DNA of 64,000 nt from an uncultured Gemmatimonadaceae bacterium (GTDB lineage: Bacteria > Gemmatimonadota > Gemmatimonadetes > Gemmatimonadales > Gemmatimonadaceae), in contig CAWAGQ010000004.1 of the NCBI GenBank assembly GCA_963781585.1, positions 480,001 to 544,000 of the forward strand. The letters run 5' to 3'. Positions within the stretch are counted from its first letter, which is position 1. Each line of letters opens with the position of its first letter. This document shows positions 31,125 to 43,237 of this stretch, one piece after another. The notes below the pieces were generated by a model. That model saw only the letters and a program-made list of their open reading frames with translations, was not told the origin of the DNA and searched no databases. The translations under genes were made by a program, and so were the position numbers.

Positions 31125-32179
31125 CCGACGACGAACTCGACCGGCTGGCGGGGCTGATCGCCGACGCCCTGCAGCGCGACCGCGACGCGGCCGCGCCGTC
31201 CCGTCCGGTTCCGTGGCTGCTGCCACCAATCCGTCCCGCCCCCCCCGACCGCGGTGGAGAGCCGGCCCCGTGGACCGGGGCCGGCCAGTCGTTAGGCGAT
31301 GTGGCGCCTGTCCGCCACCCGGTTGCGCCGCGCCACCGCGCGGATGTAGGCGAGCTGACCGCCGCCGTCCGGGGCGCGGCCGCCGGCAAGGGCATCCCCG
31401 CGGCGCCGGTCAGGCCGGAGCGTGATGCGCCCACAGGGCGCCGCGCGCGCCGCACGCTGCCGATCTCCGTCCCGATCGGCGTCTCCAATCGGCACCTGCA
31501 CCTGTCACCGGATCATGTCGCGATCCTGTTCGGGCCCGCGGGGCTCCGGTCGGGGCGCGACCTGGTACAGCCGGGTCAGTTCGCGGCGTTGGAAGCGGTT
31601 GCCGTGGTCGGACCCGCTGGCCGCCTCGACGCGGTGCGCGTCGTCGGACCGGCCAGATCCGCTACCCAGCTGGAACTGGCCCTGAGCGACGCCGTGACGC
31701 TCGGCGTGCAGCCACCGGTGGCGGCAAGCGGGGACCTCGGCGCGTCGATCGGGGGAGTGACCCTGGTCGGTCCGCACGGGCGCGTCGCCCTCGAACGCGG
31801 TGTGATCGTGGCGGCGCGCCATCTCCACCTCGCGCCGGCCGACGCCCAGCAGTGGGGCCTGCAGGACGGCGACCGCGTCGACGCGACCTGCGGCATGAGC
31901 GCCCGCGCGGTCACGCTCCACAACGTCCTGGTGCGGTCCGGACCGTCGCATGCCACCGAGCTCCACCTCGACGCCGATGAAGCGCGCGCCGCTGCCGCGC
32001 ACACCGGTGACCGCGCCGACATCGTTGCCTGGCGCGCCGCCGCGCCACCGCGTCGTGCGCTGATCACCGAGCGCGAGGTGATCCGGCTCGCCGCGCGCGG
32101 CGGCCGCCTCCCCGACCGTCCCCTGCTCACTCCCGGTGCGCGCGACCGCGCTCGCGCGTTAGGCCTGCTCGACTCGTGA
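31121..32179 (+). CDS. pduL: Phosphate acyltransferase PduL with N-terminal encapsulation-peptide-like helix and extra C-terminal domain
   Basis: VSNRHLHLS, QPGQFA, VRVVGPAR..TQLEL, SGDL, GP.G, GVIVAARHLHL, NVLVR, HLDADEA. Confidence 0.9.
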   Translation: MTDDELDRLAGLIADALQRDRDAAAPSRPVPWLLPPIRPAPPDRGGEPAPWTGAGQSLGDVAPVRHPVAPRHRADVGELTAAVRGAAAGKGIPAAPVRPERDAPTGRRARRTLPISVPIGVSNRHLHLSPDHVAILFGPAGLRSGRDLVQPGQFAALEAVAVVGPAGRLDAVRVVGPARSATQLELALSDAVTLGVQPPVAASGDLGASIGGVTLVGPHGRVALERGVIVAARHLHLAPADAQQWGLQDGDRVDATCGMSARAVTLHNVLVRSGPSHATELHLDADEARAAAAHTGDRADIVAWRAAAPPRRALITEREVIRLAARGGRLPDRPLLTPGARDRARALGLLDS

Positions 32180-32595
32180 GTGCTCCGCATCACGATATCG
32201 AGTTCCGTGTGCGCTACGGAGAAACGGATCAGATGGGCGTGGTGTACCACGCCGAGTACCTCGTCTGGTGCGAGATGGGACGCACCGAGTACATCCGGGT
32301 GCTGGGGCTTCCCTATGCGGAAATGGAACGGCACGGCACGGGGCTCGCCGTGGCCGAGGCGAACCTGCGCTATCACGCCCCGGCGCGGTACGATGATCTC
32401 ATCCGCGTGGAGACGACGATGGTGCGGGTGGGGTCGCGCGCGGTCGATTTCGAGTACCTGGTGCGCAACGCGACCACCGGCGCCCGACTGGCCACTGCCA
32501 GGACTACCCTGGTCGCGATCGACGGTGACGGCCGCGCCAGCGCTCTCCCGGCCGCGATTCGTGCCATCCTCGAGCGTCCGCTCCCCGCTCGTTAG
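32176..32595 (+). CDS. Acyl-CoA thioesterase (4HBT/YbgC hotdog family)
   Basis: RVRYGETDQMGVVYHAEYL.W.E.GRTE, Y..PARYDD; GTGA overlap with the pduL stop. Confidence 0.92.
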   Translation: MSAPHHDIEFRVRYGETDQMGVVYHAEYLVWCEMGRTEYIRVLGLPYAEMERHGTGLAVAEANLRYHAPARYDDLIRVETTMVRVGSRAVDFEYLVRNATTGARLATARTTLVAIDGDGRASALPAAIRAILERPLPAR

Positions 32596-33211
32596 GATCG
32601 CGGTGCTCGGCGCTCTCGCCGGGATCGCGGCCTGCGCGCCTCGTGCCGGGCCCCTGCTCGGCCTGCCCACCGCGCGCCGCCTGCCGCCAACTTCCCTGCC
32701 GCCGGGGCGCCGCCGCGTCGTCTTCCGCTGGGACTACCATGAGCGCGTATTCTCCGCACGCGGCCAGGGCGTGGCGCGCATCGCGCCCCCCGACAGCGTC
32801 CGACTCGACTTCTTTCTGGAGAACGGGGCTGCCGGTGGCGACGTGATCCTGATCGCTGACTCCCTGGCGGTGCCCGGACAGAATGAGGCGCGGCGGTATC
32901 TGCCGCCGGTTCCGCTGCTCTGGGCGGCGCTGGGACGGATCACCGTATCGGCCGCGGACACCACCGTGCGGCTCGATGGCGACACGCTGCGGGCCGACAT
33001 TGGCCGGGATACCACATGGCGCGTCACCTTCGGACACGATGGTCCGGTGCGCATGCGGCGCATCGTGCACGGACGGATCGAGGAAGAAGTGGAGCGAACG
33101 GACTCCACCCGCGTAGTTTACAGGCAGCCCAGGGCGGGACGCACACTGGTGCTCACCGTGCTCGGACGATTCGAGGAGTCAGCTTTCGATGCCGCGATCT
33201 GGCGTCCGTAG
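32561..33211 (+). CDS. Hypothetical lipoprotein (possibly LolA/LolB-like beta fold)
   Basis: 3' part of ORF 32180..33211; lipobox-like GIAA-C, G.GVARIAPPDSVRLD. Start uncertain (32561 or 32603). Confidence 0.6.
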   Translation: MPSSSVRSPLVRIAVLGALAGIAACAPRAGPLLGLPTARRLPPTSLPPGRRRVVFRWDYHERVFSARGQGVARIAPPDSVRLDFFLENGAAGGDVILIADSLAVPGQNEARRYLPPVPLLWAALGRITVSAADTTVRLDGDTLRADIGRDTTWRVTFGHDGPVRMRRIVHGRIEEEVERTDSTRVVYRQPRAGRTLVLTVLGRFEESAFDAAIWRP

Positions 33212-33680
33212 TCTCTTCGCGCTACTGCTCTCGGGCTGTCTGTACAGCTTGTCGGGCGGCGGGGGGCTGCCGCCCGGTATCAAGACTGTTGCCGTCATTC
33301 CATTCGAGAACGAAACCGCCGCATCCGGGCTGCCTACCGAGCTCCAACTCGAGCTGCGAAAGGAGTTCCTGTCACGCTTCGGACTCCGCGAAGCCCCCGA
33401 GGGCAAGGCATCCGCGGTGATTCACGGAACCATCAAGAAGTATGAGCCCGACATCGCCGTCGGCTACAGCGCGGATCCCGCTCAGGCGACCTCGGCGCGG
33501 CGCCGCCTCCAGATCTCGATCGACGTCGAGATCGTCGATAATACGGGTCGCACCATTTTCAAGCGCGCCGGACTCTCCGCCGAAGGGGAATACGCGGAAC
33601 GCGCTGAGGACGCCGGACGCAAACAGGCCATCCAGCGCTTGGTCAGTGACATCATCGAAGGTGCGCAGTCGCAATGGTGA
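33189..33680 (+). CDS. LptE-like LPS assembly lipoprotein
   Basis: LLSG-C-lYS lipobox, LPPGIKTVAVIPFENET, C-terminal helix ending in W. Confidence 0.75.
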   Translation: MPRSGVRSLFALLLSGCLYSLSGGGGLPPGIKTVAVIPFENETAASGLPTELQLELRKEFLSRFGLREAPEGKASAVIHGTIKKYEPDIAVGYSADPAQATSARRRLQISIDVEIVDNTGRTIFKRAGLSAEGEYAERAEDAGRKQAIQRLVSDIIEGAQSQW

Positions 33681-34027
33681 GCACGCAGCCCGGTGCCAGT
33701 CGGCTCGGATGTCTCTTCGGGGCCCTCCTCCTCGTCACGGTGGCCTACTTCGGCGTGAACGTCGGCGAGGTGTACTTGCGTTACTACCGGTTCCGCGACG
33801 CCATGGAACAGGAGGCGCGCTTCTCGCATACGCATGACGATGCGGCGATCCGGCTGCGCCTGACTGCGCTCGTCGATTCCATGGGCCTTCCGGAGACGGC
33901 ATCGCGAATCCTCATTCGGCGCAGCGCCAACAGCGTGATCATCACCACGGATTACACGGAACGCGTGGAAGTGCCCCTGCTGGTCCGGGAGGTTCATTTC
34001 GCCCCCCGCGTTGAGTGGCGCTTTTGA
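33674..34027 (+). CDS. Small membrane protein (DUF4845-like, pilin-like N-terminus)
   Basis: QPGASRLGCL followed by a hydrophobic helix; overlaps both neighbours. Confidence 0.6.
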   Translation: MVSTQPGASRLGCLFGALLLVTVAYFGVNVGEVYLRYYRFRDAMEQEARFSHTHDDAAIRLRLTALVDSMGLPETASRILIRRSANSVIITTDYTERVEVPLLVREVHFAPRVEWRF

Positions 34028-34521
34028 CCGCATTCGAGCCGCGCCGCAAGATCCTCTCGCGCCAGGACGCCGTACTCTGGCGGCGCCGGCAAGCCGGACC
34101 GGTCGTCTTCACGAACGGCGTCTTCGACCTCCTGCACCCGGGTCACGTGGACCTGCTGGGCCGTGCCCGCGAACGAGGCGCCGCGCTCATCGTCGGCGTC
34201 AACAGCGATGCGTCCGTCAGACGGCTCAAGGGACGCCTGCGCCCGATCTGCCCGGAGCACGACCGCGCTTGCGTCGTGGCTGCTCTCGAAGCCGTCGATG
34301 CCGTGGTGATCTTCGACGAGGACACCCCGCTCGAGCTCATTCGGGCGCTGAAACCCGATGTGCTCGTCAAGGGCGGTGACTATGCGGCCTCCGACGTGGT
34401 CGGCGCGCCGGACGTCGTGGCAGGGGGCGGCGAAGTGGTCATCGTGCCGTTGACGCCCGGCCGCTCCACGACGGCGATTGTCAGCCGGGTAGGAAAGGGA
34501 CCCGCGCATGCCCCGGACTGA
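34015..34521 (+). CDS. rfaE2: D-glycero-beta-D-manno-heptose 1-phosphate adenylyltransferase
   Basis: VFTNGVFDLLHPGH, GVNSDASVRRLKG, FDEDTP, PDVLVKGGDY, STT. Confidence 0.93.
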   Translation: MALLTAFEPRRKILSRQDAVLWRRRQAGPVVFTNGVFDLLHPGHVDLLGRARERGAALIVGVNSDASVRRLKGRLRPICPEHDRACVVAALEAVDAVVIFDEDTPLELIRALKPDVLVKGGDYAASDVVGAPDVVAGGGEVVIVPLTPGRSTTAIVSRVGKGPAHAPD

Positions 34522-35218
34522 CCGGGCCCCCGGCGCGCTCCGTCCGGTGGTGCTGGAACCCGGCGCCGTGCGAAACGCAGAGGGCTCGTGCCTCGTGACG
34601 TTTGGAAGAACGCGCGTGCTGTGCGCCGTCAGCGTCGAAGAGAGCGTGCCGTCGTGGCGCAGGGGCAGCGGTCTGGGCTGGCTGACGGCGGAGTACGCGA
34701 TGCTGCCCAGGTCAACGCGATCGCGCACACCTCGCGAGCGGGCGAACGTCGGCGGCCGAACCCATGAGATCCAGCGACTCATCGGTCGCAGCGCGCGCGC
34801 GATGCTCGACGATTTCCAGTTTGGCGAGATCACGTTGCGCATCGACTGCGACGTCCTGGACGCGGACGGCGGAACCCGCACTGCCGCGATCACCGGAACG
34901 TGCGTGGCGGTCGCCGGCGCGTTCGAGTGGCTCGCGAGCCGCGGCCGAATCGGGGCCTCGCCCGTCCGGAGGCGGGTGGCCGCTGTCAGCGCGGGCCTGG
35001 TGGACGGGATTCCGGTGCTCGACCTCGACTACGACGAGGATGTACGCGCTGAGGTAGACATGAACGTCGTCATGAGCAGCGAAGGTCAGTTCGTGGAGGT
35101 ACAGGGCACCGGCGAGCACGGCACGTTTTCGCGCGAACAGCTGGATGCCCTCCTTCAGTTGGCCGAGCATGGCATCCAGGAGCTCGACCGCCTGCAGCGC
35201 CGCGCACTGGCGCGATGA
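34508..35218 (+). CDS. rph: Ribonuclease PH
   Basis: AEGS, GWLTAEYAMLPRST, GGRTHEIQRLIGRS, DCDVL.ADGGTRTA, LDLDY.ED, EVQGTGE. Confidence 0.97.
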   Translation: MPRTDRAPGALRPVVLEPGAVRNAEGSCLVTFGRTRVLCAVSVEESVPSWRRGSGLGWLTAEYAMLPRSTRSRTPRERANVGGRTHEIQRLIGRSARAMLDDFQFGEITLRIDCDVLDADGGTRTAAITGTCVAVAGAFEWLASRGRIGASPVRRRVAAVSAGLVDGIPVLDLDYDEDVRAEVDMNVVMSSEGQFVEVQGTGEHGTFSREQLDALLQLAEHGIQELDRLQRRALAR

Positions 35219-35832
35219 ACGCCGAGGCCGTTCTTCTCGCCACGCGCAGCGCCGGCAAGCTTCGGGAACTGCGACCGATGTTTGAGCGAGCGGGCGTCCC
35301 GGTCGTGGACCTCGCGGGGGCCGGGATCAGCGCAACCGCGGATGAGGACGAGCTGGAGCGGTATGCGACCTTCGAGCAGAATGCCCTGGCCAAGGCTCGC
35401 TTCTTCAACAGGATCAGCGGCTTGCCGGCAATCGCCGATGATTCCGGTCTCGAGGTGCAGGCACTTGGTGGCGCGCCGGGTGTTCGCAGCCGGCGTTGGT
35501 CGGAGCGGAATGATCTTACGGGACAGCTGCTGGATGACGCGAACAACCTCAGGTTGCTCGGCGCGTTGCACGGTGCGGACGACCGGCGGGCGCGCTACGT
35601 CTGCGTGGCGGCCTACTGTGCGGGCGACGTTGAATGGACGGCGCGAGGTGAGACGGCGGGACTGGTGACGGACGAGCCGCGCGGATCGGGTGGATTCGGC
35701 TACGATCCGTACTTCTACTCGTTGGAGCTGGGGAGGACGTTTGGCGAGAGCTTGAGCGAGGAAAAGGAGCAGGTGAGCCATCGCGGACGCGCCTTTCGCG
35801 CGCTGTTGTCGCGCGTGCTTGCAGCACGTTGA
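35215..35832 (+). CDS. rdgB: dITP/XTP pyrophosphatase (Ham1 family)
   Basis: AT..AGKLRE, TFEQNALAKA, ADDSGL, PGV.S.R, GFGYDP, SHRGRA. Confidence 0.95.
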   Translation: MNAEAVLLATRSAGKLRELRPMFERAGVPVVDLAGAGISATADEDELERYATFEQNALAKARFFNRISGLPAIADDSGLEVQALGGAPGVRSRRWSERNDLTGQLLDDANNLRLLGALHGADDRRARYVCVAAYCAGDVEWTARGETAGLVTDEPRGSGGFGYDPYFYSLELGRTFGESLSEEKEQVSHRGRAFRALLSRVLAAR

Positions 35833-35856
35833 CTTTGCGCGGGTTGCGGCTACAAT
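35829..35856 (+). promoter_or_regulatory. sigma70-type promoter for the tRNA cluster
   Basis: TTGACT (35829-35834), 16 bp, TACAAT (35851-35856). Confidence 0.7.
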
Positions 35857-35869
35857 TCCGCTTCCTCAG

Positions 35870-35943
35870 CGGGGCGTAGCGTAGCCCGGTATCGCGCCTG
35901 CTTTGGGAGCAGGAGGTCGCCGGTTCAAATCCGGCCGCCCCGA
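35870..35943 (+). tRNA. tRNA-Pro (TGG), CCA not encoded
   Basis: CGGGGCG/CGCCCCG acceptor, CCTGC-TTTGGGA-GCAGG anticodon arm, GGTTCAAATCC. Confidence 0.96.
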
Positions 35944-35984
35944 CCTCGGCGGCCTCGTCGCGTGGCGGCGGGGGCAGCGTCGAA

Positions 35985-36061
<77 letters not shown>

Positions 36062-36154
36062 TGGGCGCGTCGTGTCGCTGTCGCACGCGGCGTTTTCGTG
36101 CATTCGATGGCCTGCGGGGTCGTGCGCCGCGCAGGCACGTCGGGAAGCCGGTCC

Positions 36155-36227
36155 GCTCCCTTAGCTCAATTGGTAGAGCAAGCGACTCTTAATCGCTAGG
36201 TTGATGGTTCGAGTCCATCAGGGAGCA
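36155..36227 (+). tRNA. tRNA-Lys (CTT), CCA not encoded
   Basis: GCTCCCT/AGGGAGC acceptor, AGCGA-CTCTTAA-TCGCT, GGTTCGAGTCC. Confidence 0.96.
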
Positions 36228-36707
36228 TGCTGGGTGACGGTGAGGTCCGCGCGCCGGCGTGGGCGGAAGGCGCTGGAGCCGCCAAGCGAGCCCCGGTTGG
36301 CCGGCACGGGACGGTGCCGCGCCGCCTAACGAGCTCGAGGCGGAACGTGACGGGGACGTCGCTTCGCCAATGAGCCGGGAGAGAGCGCTTCCCGGGGCGA
36401 AGCGATCGGTGACCGGCGCAGGACGCGCGGAGACGGGACCCCACGCGTGAGGGGAGGGAGGGACGGACCGGGCAGTACAAGGGCCGGTGGACGGACCCGT
36501 GTGCGAATGCAGGGACGGCGCCAAGGGGAGGAATGCACTGGGAATTCGGTGCTCCCGGCGGCGTCTTTCGCGAACGCAAGGCGAGGTCCGCACGCCGCGG
36601 TGCCGTTGTCTGTGGATGAGGAGCGTGTCGCGTGATCCCTCGGCAGACGAAAGGGGTCGGGGGCACGGCGATGGGAGGAGATGTCGCACGCATTTGACCC
36701 GGAAGGG

Positions 36708-36736
36708 TTGACCGGCGGGCATTCCGGGGATAACAT
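36708..36736 (+). promoter_or_regulatory. Candidate rRNA operon promoter
   Basis: TTGACC (36708-36713), 17 bp, TAACAT (36731-36736), about 30 nt upstream of boxA. Confidence 0.6.
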
Positions 36737-36765
36737 ACGCGGCTGCCGTTCTCCGGCAGCGAAAC

Positions 36766-36778
36766 TGCTGTTTGACAA
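36766..36778 (+). promoter_or_regulatory. boxA antitermination element (rrn leader)
   Basis: TGCTGTTTGACAA; the same core GCTGTTTGACAA recurs in the 16S-23S spacer. Confidence 0.75.
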
Positions 36779-36930
36779 TCGAGTCGAGCGTGAATGTGGT
36801 GCGAGGCGGACTCGTCGATCCGAGGCACAATCAGGGCTTCGGGGAGAGTTTTGACTGACGTACACATAGTGATTTCGAACGGTCACCGTGTGGTTTGCGG
36901 TGGCGGATTCGAGACGAGCTACATCGAACT

Positions 36931-38469
<1,539 letters not shown>

Positions 38470-38598
38470 ACGGAGCAGGCGAGTAGGACGCTTCGGTGTC
38501 TGAAAGCCGGCGACCGAAGTCGCCCGCCCGTACCCCACGCTCGATTCGATTGCATTTTTTGGGGTCTCGCGCCTCGGCGCGAGACTCGTTGTCTACCC

Positions 38599-38610
38599 GC
38601 TGTTTGACAA
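38599..38610 (+). promoter_or_regulatory. boxA element in the 16S-23S spacer
   Basis: GCTGTTTGACAA, identical to the leader copy. Confidence 0.75.
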
Positions 38611-38749
38611 CTGATGGGGAACGTGATCGTGGAACGAATGCGTTCGCGGCCACTGGCCGTGAACGTGGATCAACACACCGTAGTGAAGCAATTCGCACTG
38701 AATTGCTCACTCGTGAGATGATCGCGCGTGCTTGGCTTGACCGAAATCT

Positions 38750-41699
<2,950 letters not shown>

Positions 41700-41927
41700 T
41701 CCCAATACCGGTGCGAGGTAACGAACAACGGGTCGCGAGATTGTCTCTCCCGTCCCCTGTTCGCCCAACCACCTTTCGCCAAGTGCTGCTCGATCATGTG
41801 AAGATCATCCACGGTCACGCCACCCTCAGTCATCGCACAATCCATAACGTTCGGCATTCGAGTGAACCAGCGGCCCCGCACCACATCCGTCCGGCCCCCG
41901 ATGATCTCGCCTGCCGGACCTTGCGAT

Positions 41928-42045
41928 CGCTGGCGACTAGAGCGTAGGGGCCACACCCGTTCCCATTCCGAACACGGTCGTTAAGCCCTACAGCGCCGAT
42001 GGTACTCCGCTCGAGAGGGCGCGGGAGAGTAGGCCGTCGCCGGCA
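41928..42045 (+). rRNA. rrf: 5S rRNA
   Basis: GCTGGCGAC/GTCGCCGGC terminal helix; CACCCGTTCCCATTCCGAACACGG, GCCGATGGTACT, GAGAGTAGG. Confidence 0.97.
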
Positions 42046-42053
42046 CCTCGTTT

Positions 42054-42090
42054 ACGGGCCTCCCCAGCAATGTGGAGGCCCGTTTCTCTT
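42054..42090 (+). terminator. Intrinsic terminator of the rrn operon
   Basis: ACGGGCCTCC/GGAGGCCCGT 10-bp stem followed by TTCTCTT. Confidence 0.75.
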
Positions 42091-42191
42091 GCCTCCACCC
42101 CGAGCCTCGGGCGTCTCCTCTACGGCTCCCTCGAACCCGCCATCACCGTCGTCACGACCCCTCCTTCTCCTCAAGCCCACTCCCCCTGCCA

Positions 42192-43073
42192 ATGCCGCGT
42201 GCCGGCATCGTGACAATCAGCGGCAAGCCTAACGCCGGCAAGTCGACCCTGCTCAATCGCCTCGTCGGCCAGAAGCTCGCGATCACCAGCGCCAAGCCCC
42301 AGTCCACTCGGGACCGCGTGAGCGGCATCGCAACACGCGGTGACACCCAGATGGTGTTCCTGGATACACCGGGCCTGCTGGAACCTCGCGATGGGCTCCA
42401 GAGCGCCATGCGTCTTGCCGCCGTACGCGCGCTGCGTGATGCTGACGTCATCCTCTACCTCCTGGACGCGTGCTGTTCCGAGGTCGAGCCCTTCGAGGTC
42501 GCGGCCGATATCACCTGGCCGCTCGCGACGCCTGTCGTGATAGCGTTCAACAAGTCGGACTTGGTGCAGAACGACGCACGCGCGGCCCTGCAGTCGAGTT
42601 GCCCCGACGCGCATTTCATCTCGGCAACGCGCGGCGACGGTGTGGACCAGCTCCTTGCACGAATCACGGCGCTTCTCCCCGAGAGCGCCTTCCTGTACCC
42701 GCCCGACGACGTGAGCGCGCAGCCGCTCCGGTTCTTTGCCGCCGAATGCGTCCGCGAGGCCGCCATGGAACAGCTGCGCGCCGAGATGCCCTACGCCCTC
42801 GCGTGCCAGGTGGAGGAGTATCGCGAGAATCGGCTACCGGTGTACATTCGGGCGGTTCTGTACGTTGAGCGCTCGAGTCAGAAGCGGATTCTGATCGGAC
42901 ACGGCGGCTCCCGAATCAGGGAGATCGGTCGCGTGGCGCGTCTCAAGATCGAGATGCTGACCGGAGCCGCGGTGTATCTGGACCTCTGGGTCAAGGTGCT
43001 CGACAATTGGCGCCGCGATGCCAACGCCCTGCGACGCCTCGGCTACGACGTGCCGGAGGACTTCAGGACATGA
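42192..43073 (+). CDS. era: GTPase Era
   Basis: GKPNAGKSTLLN, KLAITS.KPQSTR, DTPG, NKSD, ISA, E..RE, SQKRILIG, LWVKV. Confidence 0.95.
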   Translation: MPRAGIVTISGKPNAGKSTLLNRLVGQKLAITSAKPQSTRDRVSGIATRGDTQMVFLDTPGLLEPRDGLQSAMRLAAVRALRDADVILYLLDACCSEVEPFEVAADITWPLATPVVIAFNKSDLVQNDARAALQSSCPDAHFISATRGDGVDQLLARITALLPESAFLYPPDDVSAQPLRFFAAECVREAAMEQLRAEMPYALACQVEEYRENRLPVYIRAVLYVERSSQKRILIGHGGSRIREIGRVARLKIEMLTGAAVYLDLWVKVLDNWRRDANALRRLGYDVPEDFRT

Positions 43074-43237
43074 CGCTGTCGGCGCAGCTGCTGGCCATTC
43101 TGGTCTGTCCCAAATGCAAGGGGCCGCTCGAATATCGGGAGCACGAGCAAAGCCTCATTTGCCATGCGTGTCGCCTGCGCTACGCAGTCCGCGACGACAT
43201 CCCGATCATGCTCATCGATGAAGCGACGCCGCTCTAG
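43070..43237 (+). CDS. Trm112/YcaR family small protein
   Basis: LLAILVCPKCKGPL...LIC..C..RY.VRDDIPIMLIDEA. Confidence 0.92.
   Translation: MTLSAQLLAILVCPKCKGPLEYREHEQSLICHACRLRYAVRDDIPIMLIDEATPL

Noticed and set aside
27125..32179. BMC cassette as a genomic island integrated at tRNA-Sec
   Set aside because: No integrase, no duplicated tRNA 3' end seen, no obvious compositional shift, and lpxH lies between them.
36189..36886. Minus-strand ORFs of 186-223 aa between tRNA-Lys and 16S
   Set aside because: They overlap the tRNA or rrn promoter and boxA, are Arg/Pro/Ser-rich and lack motifs.
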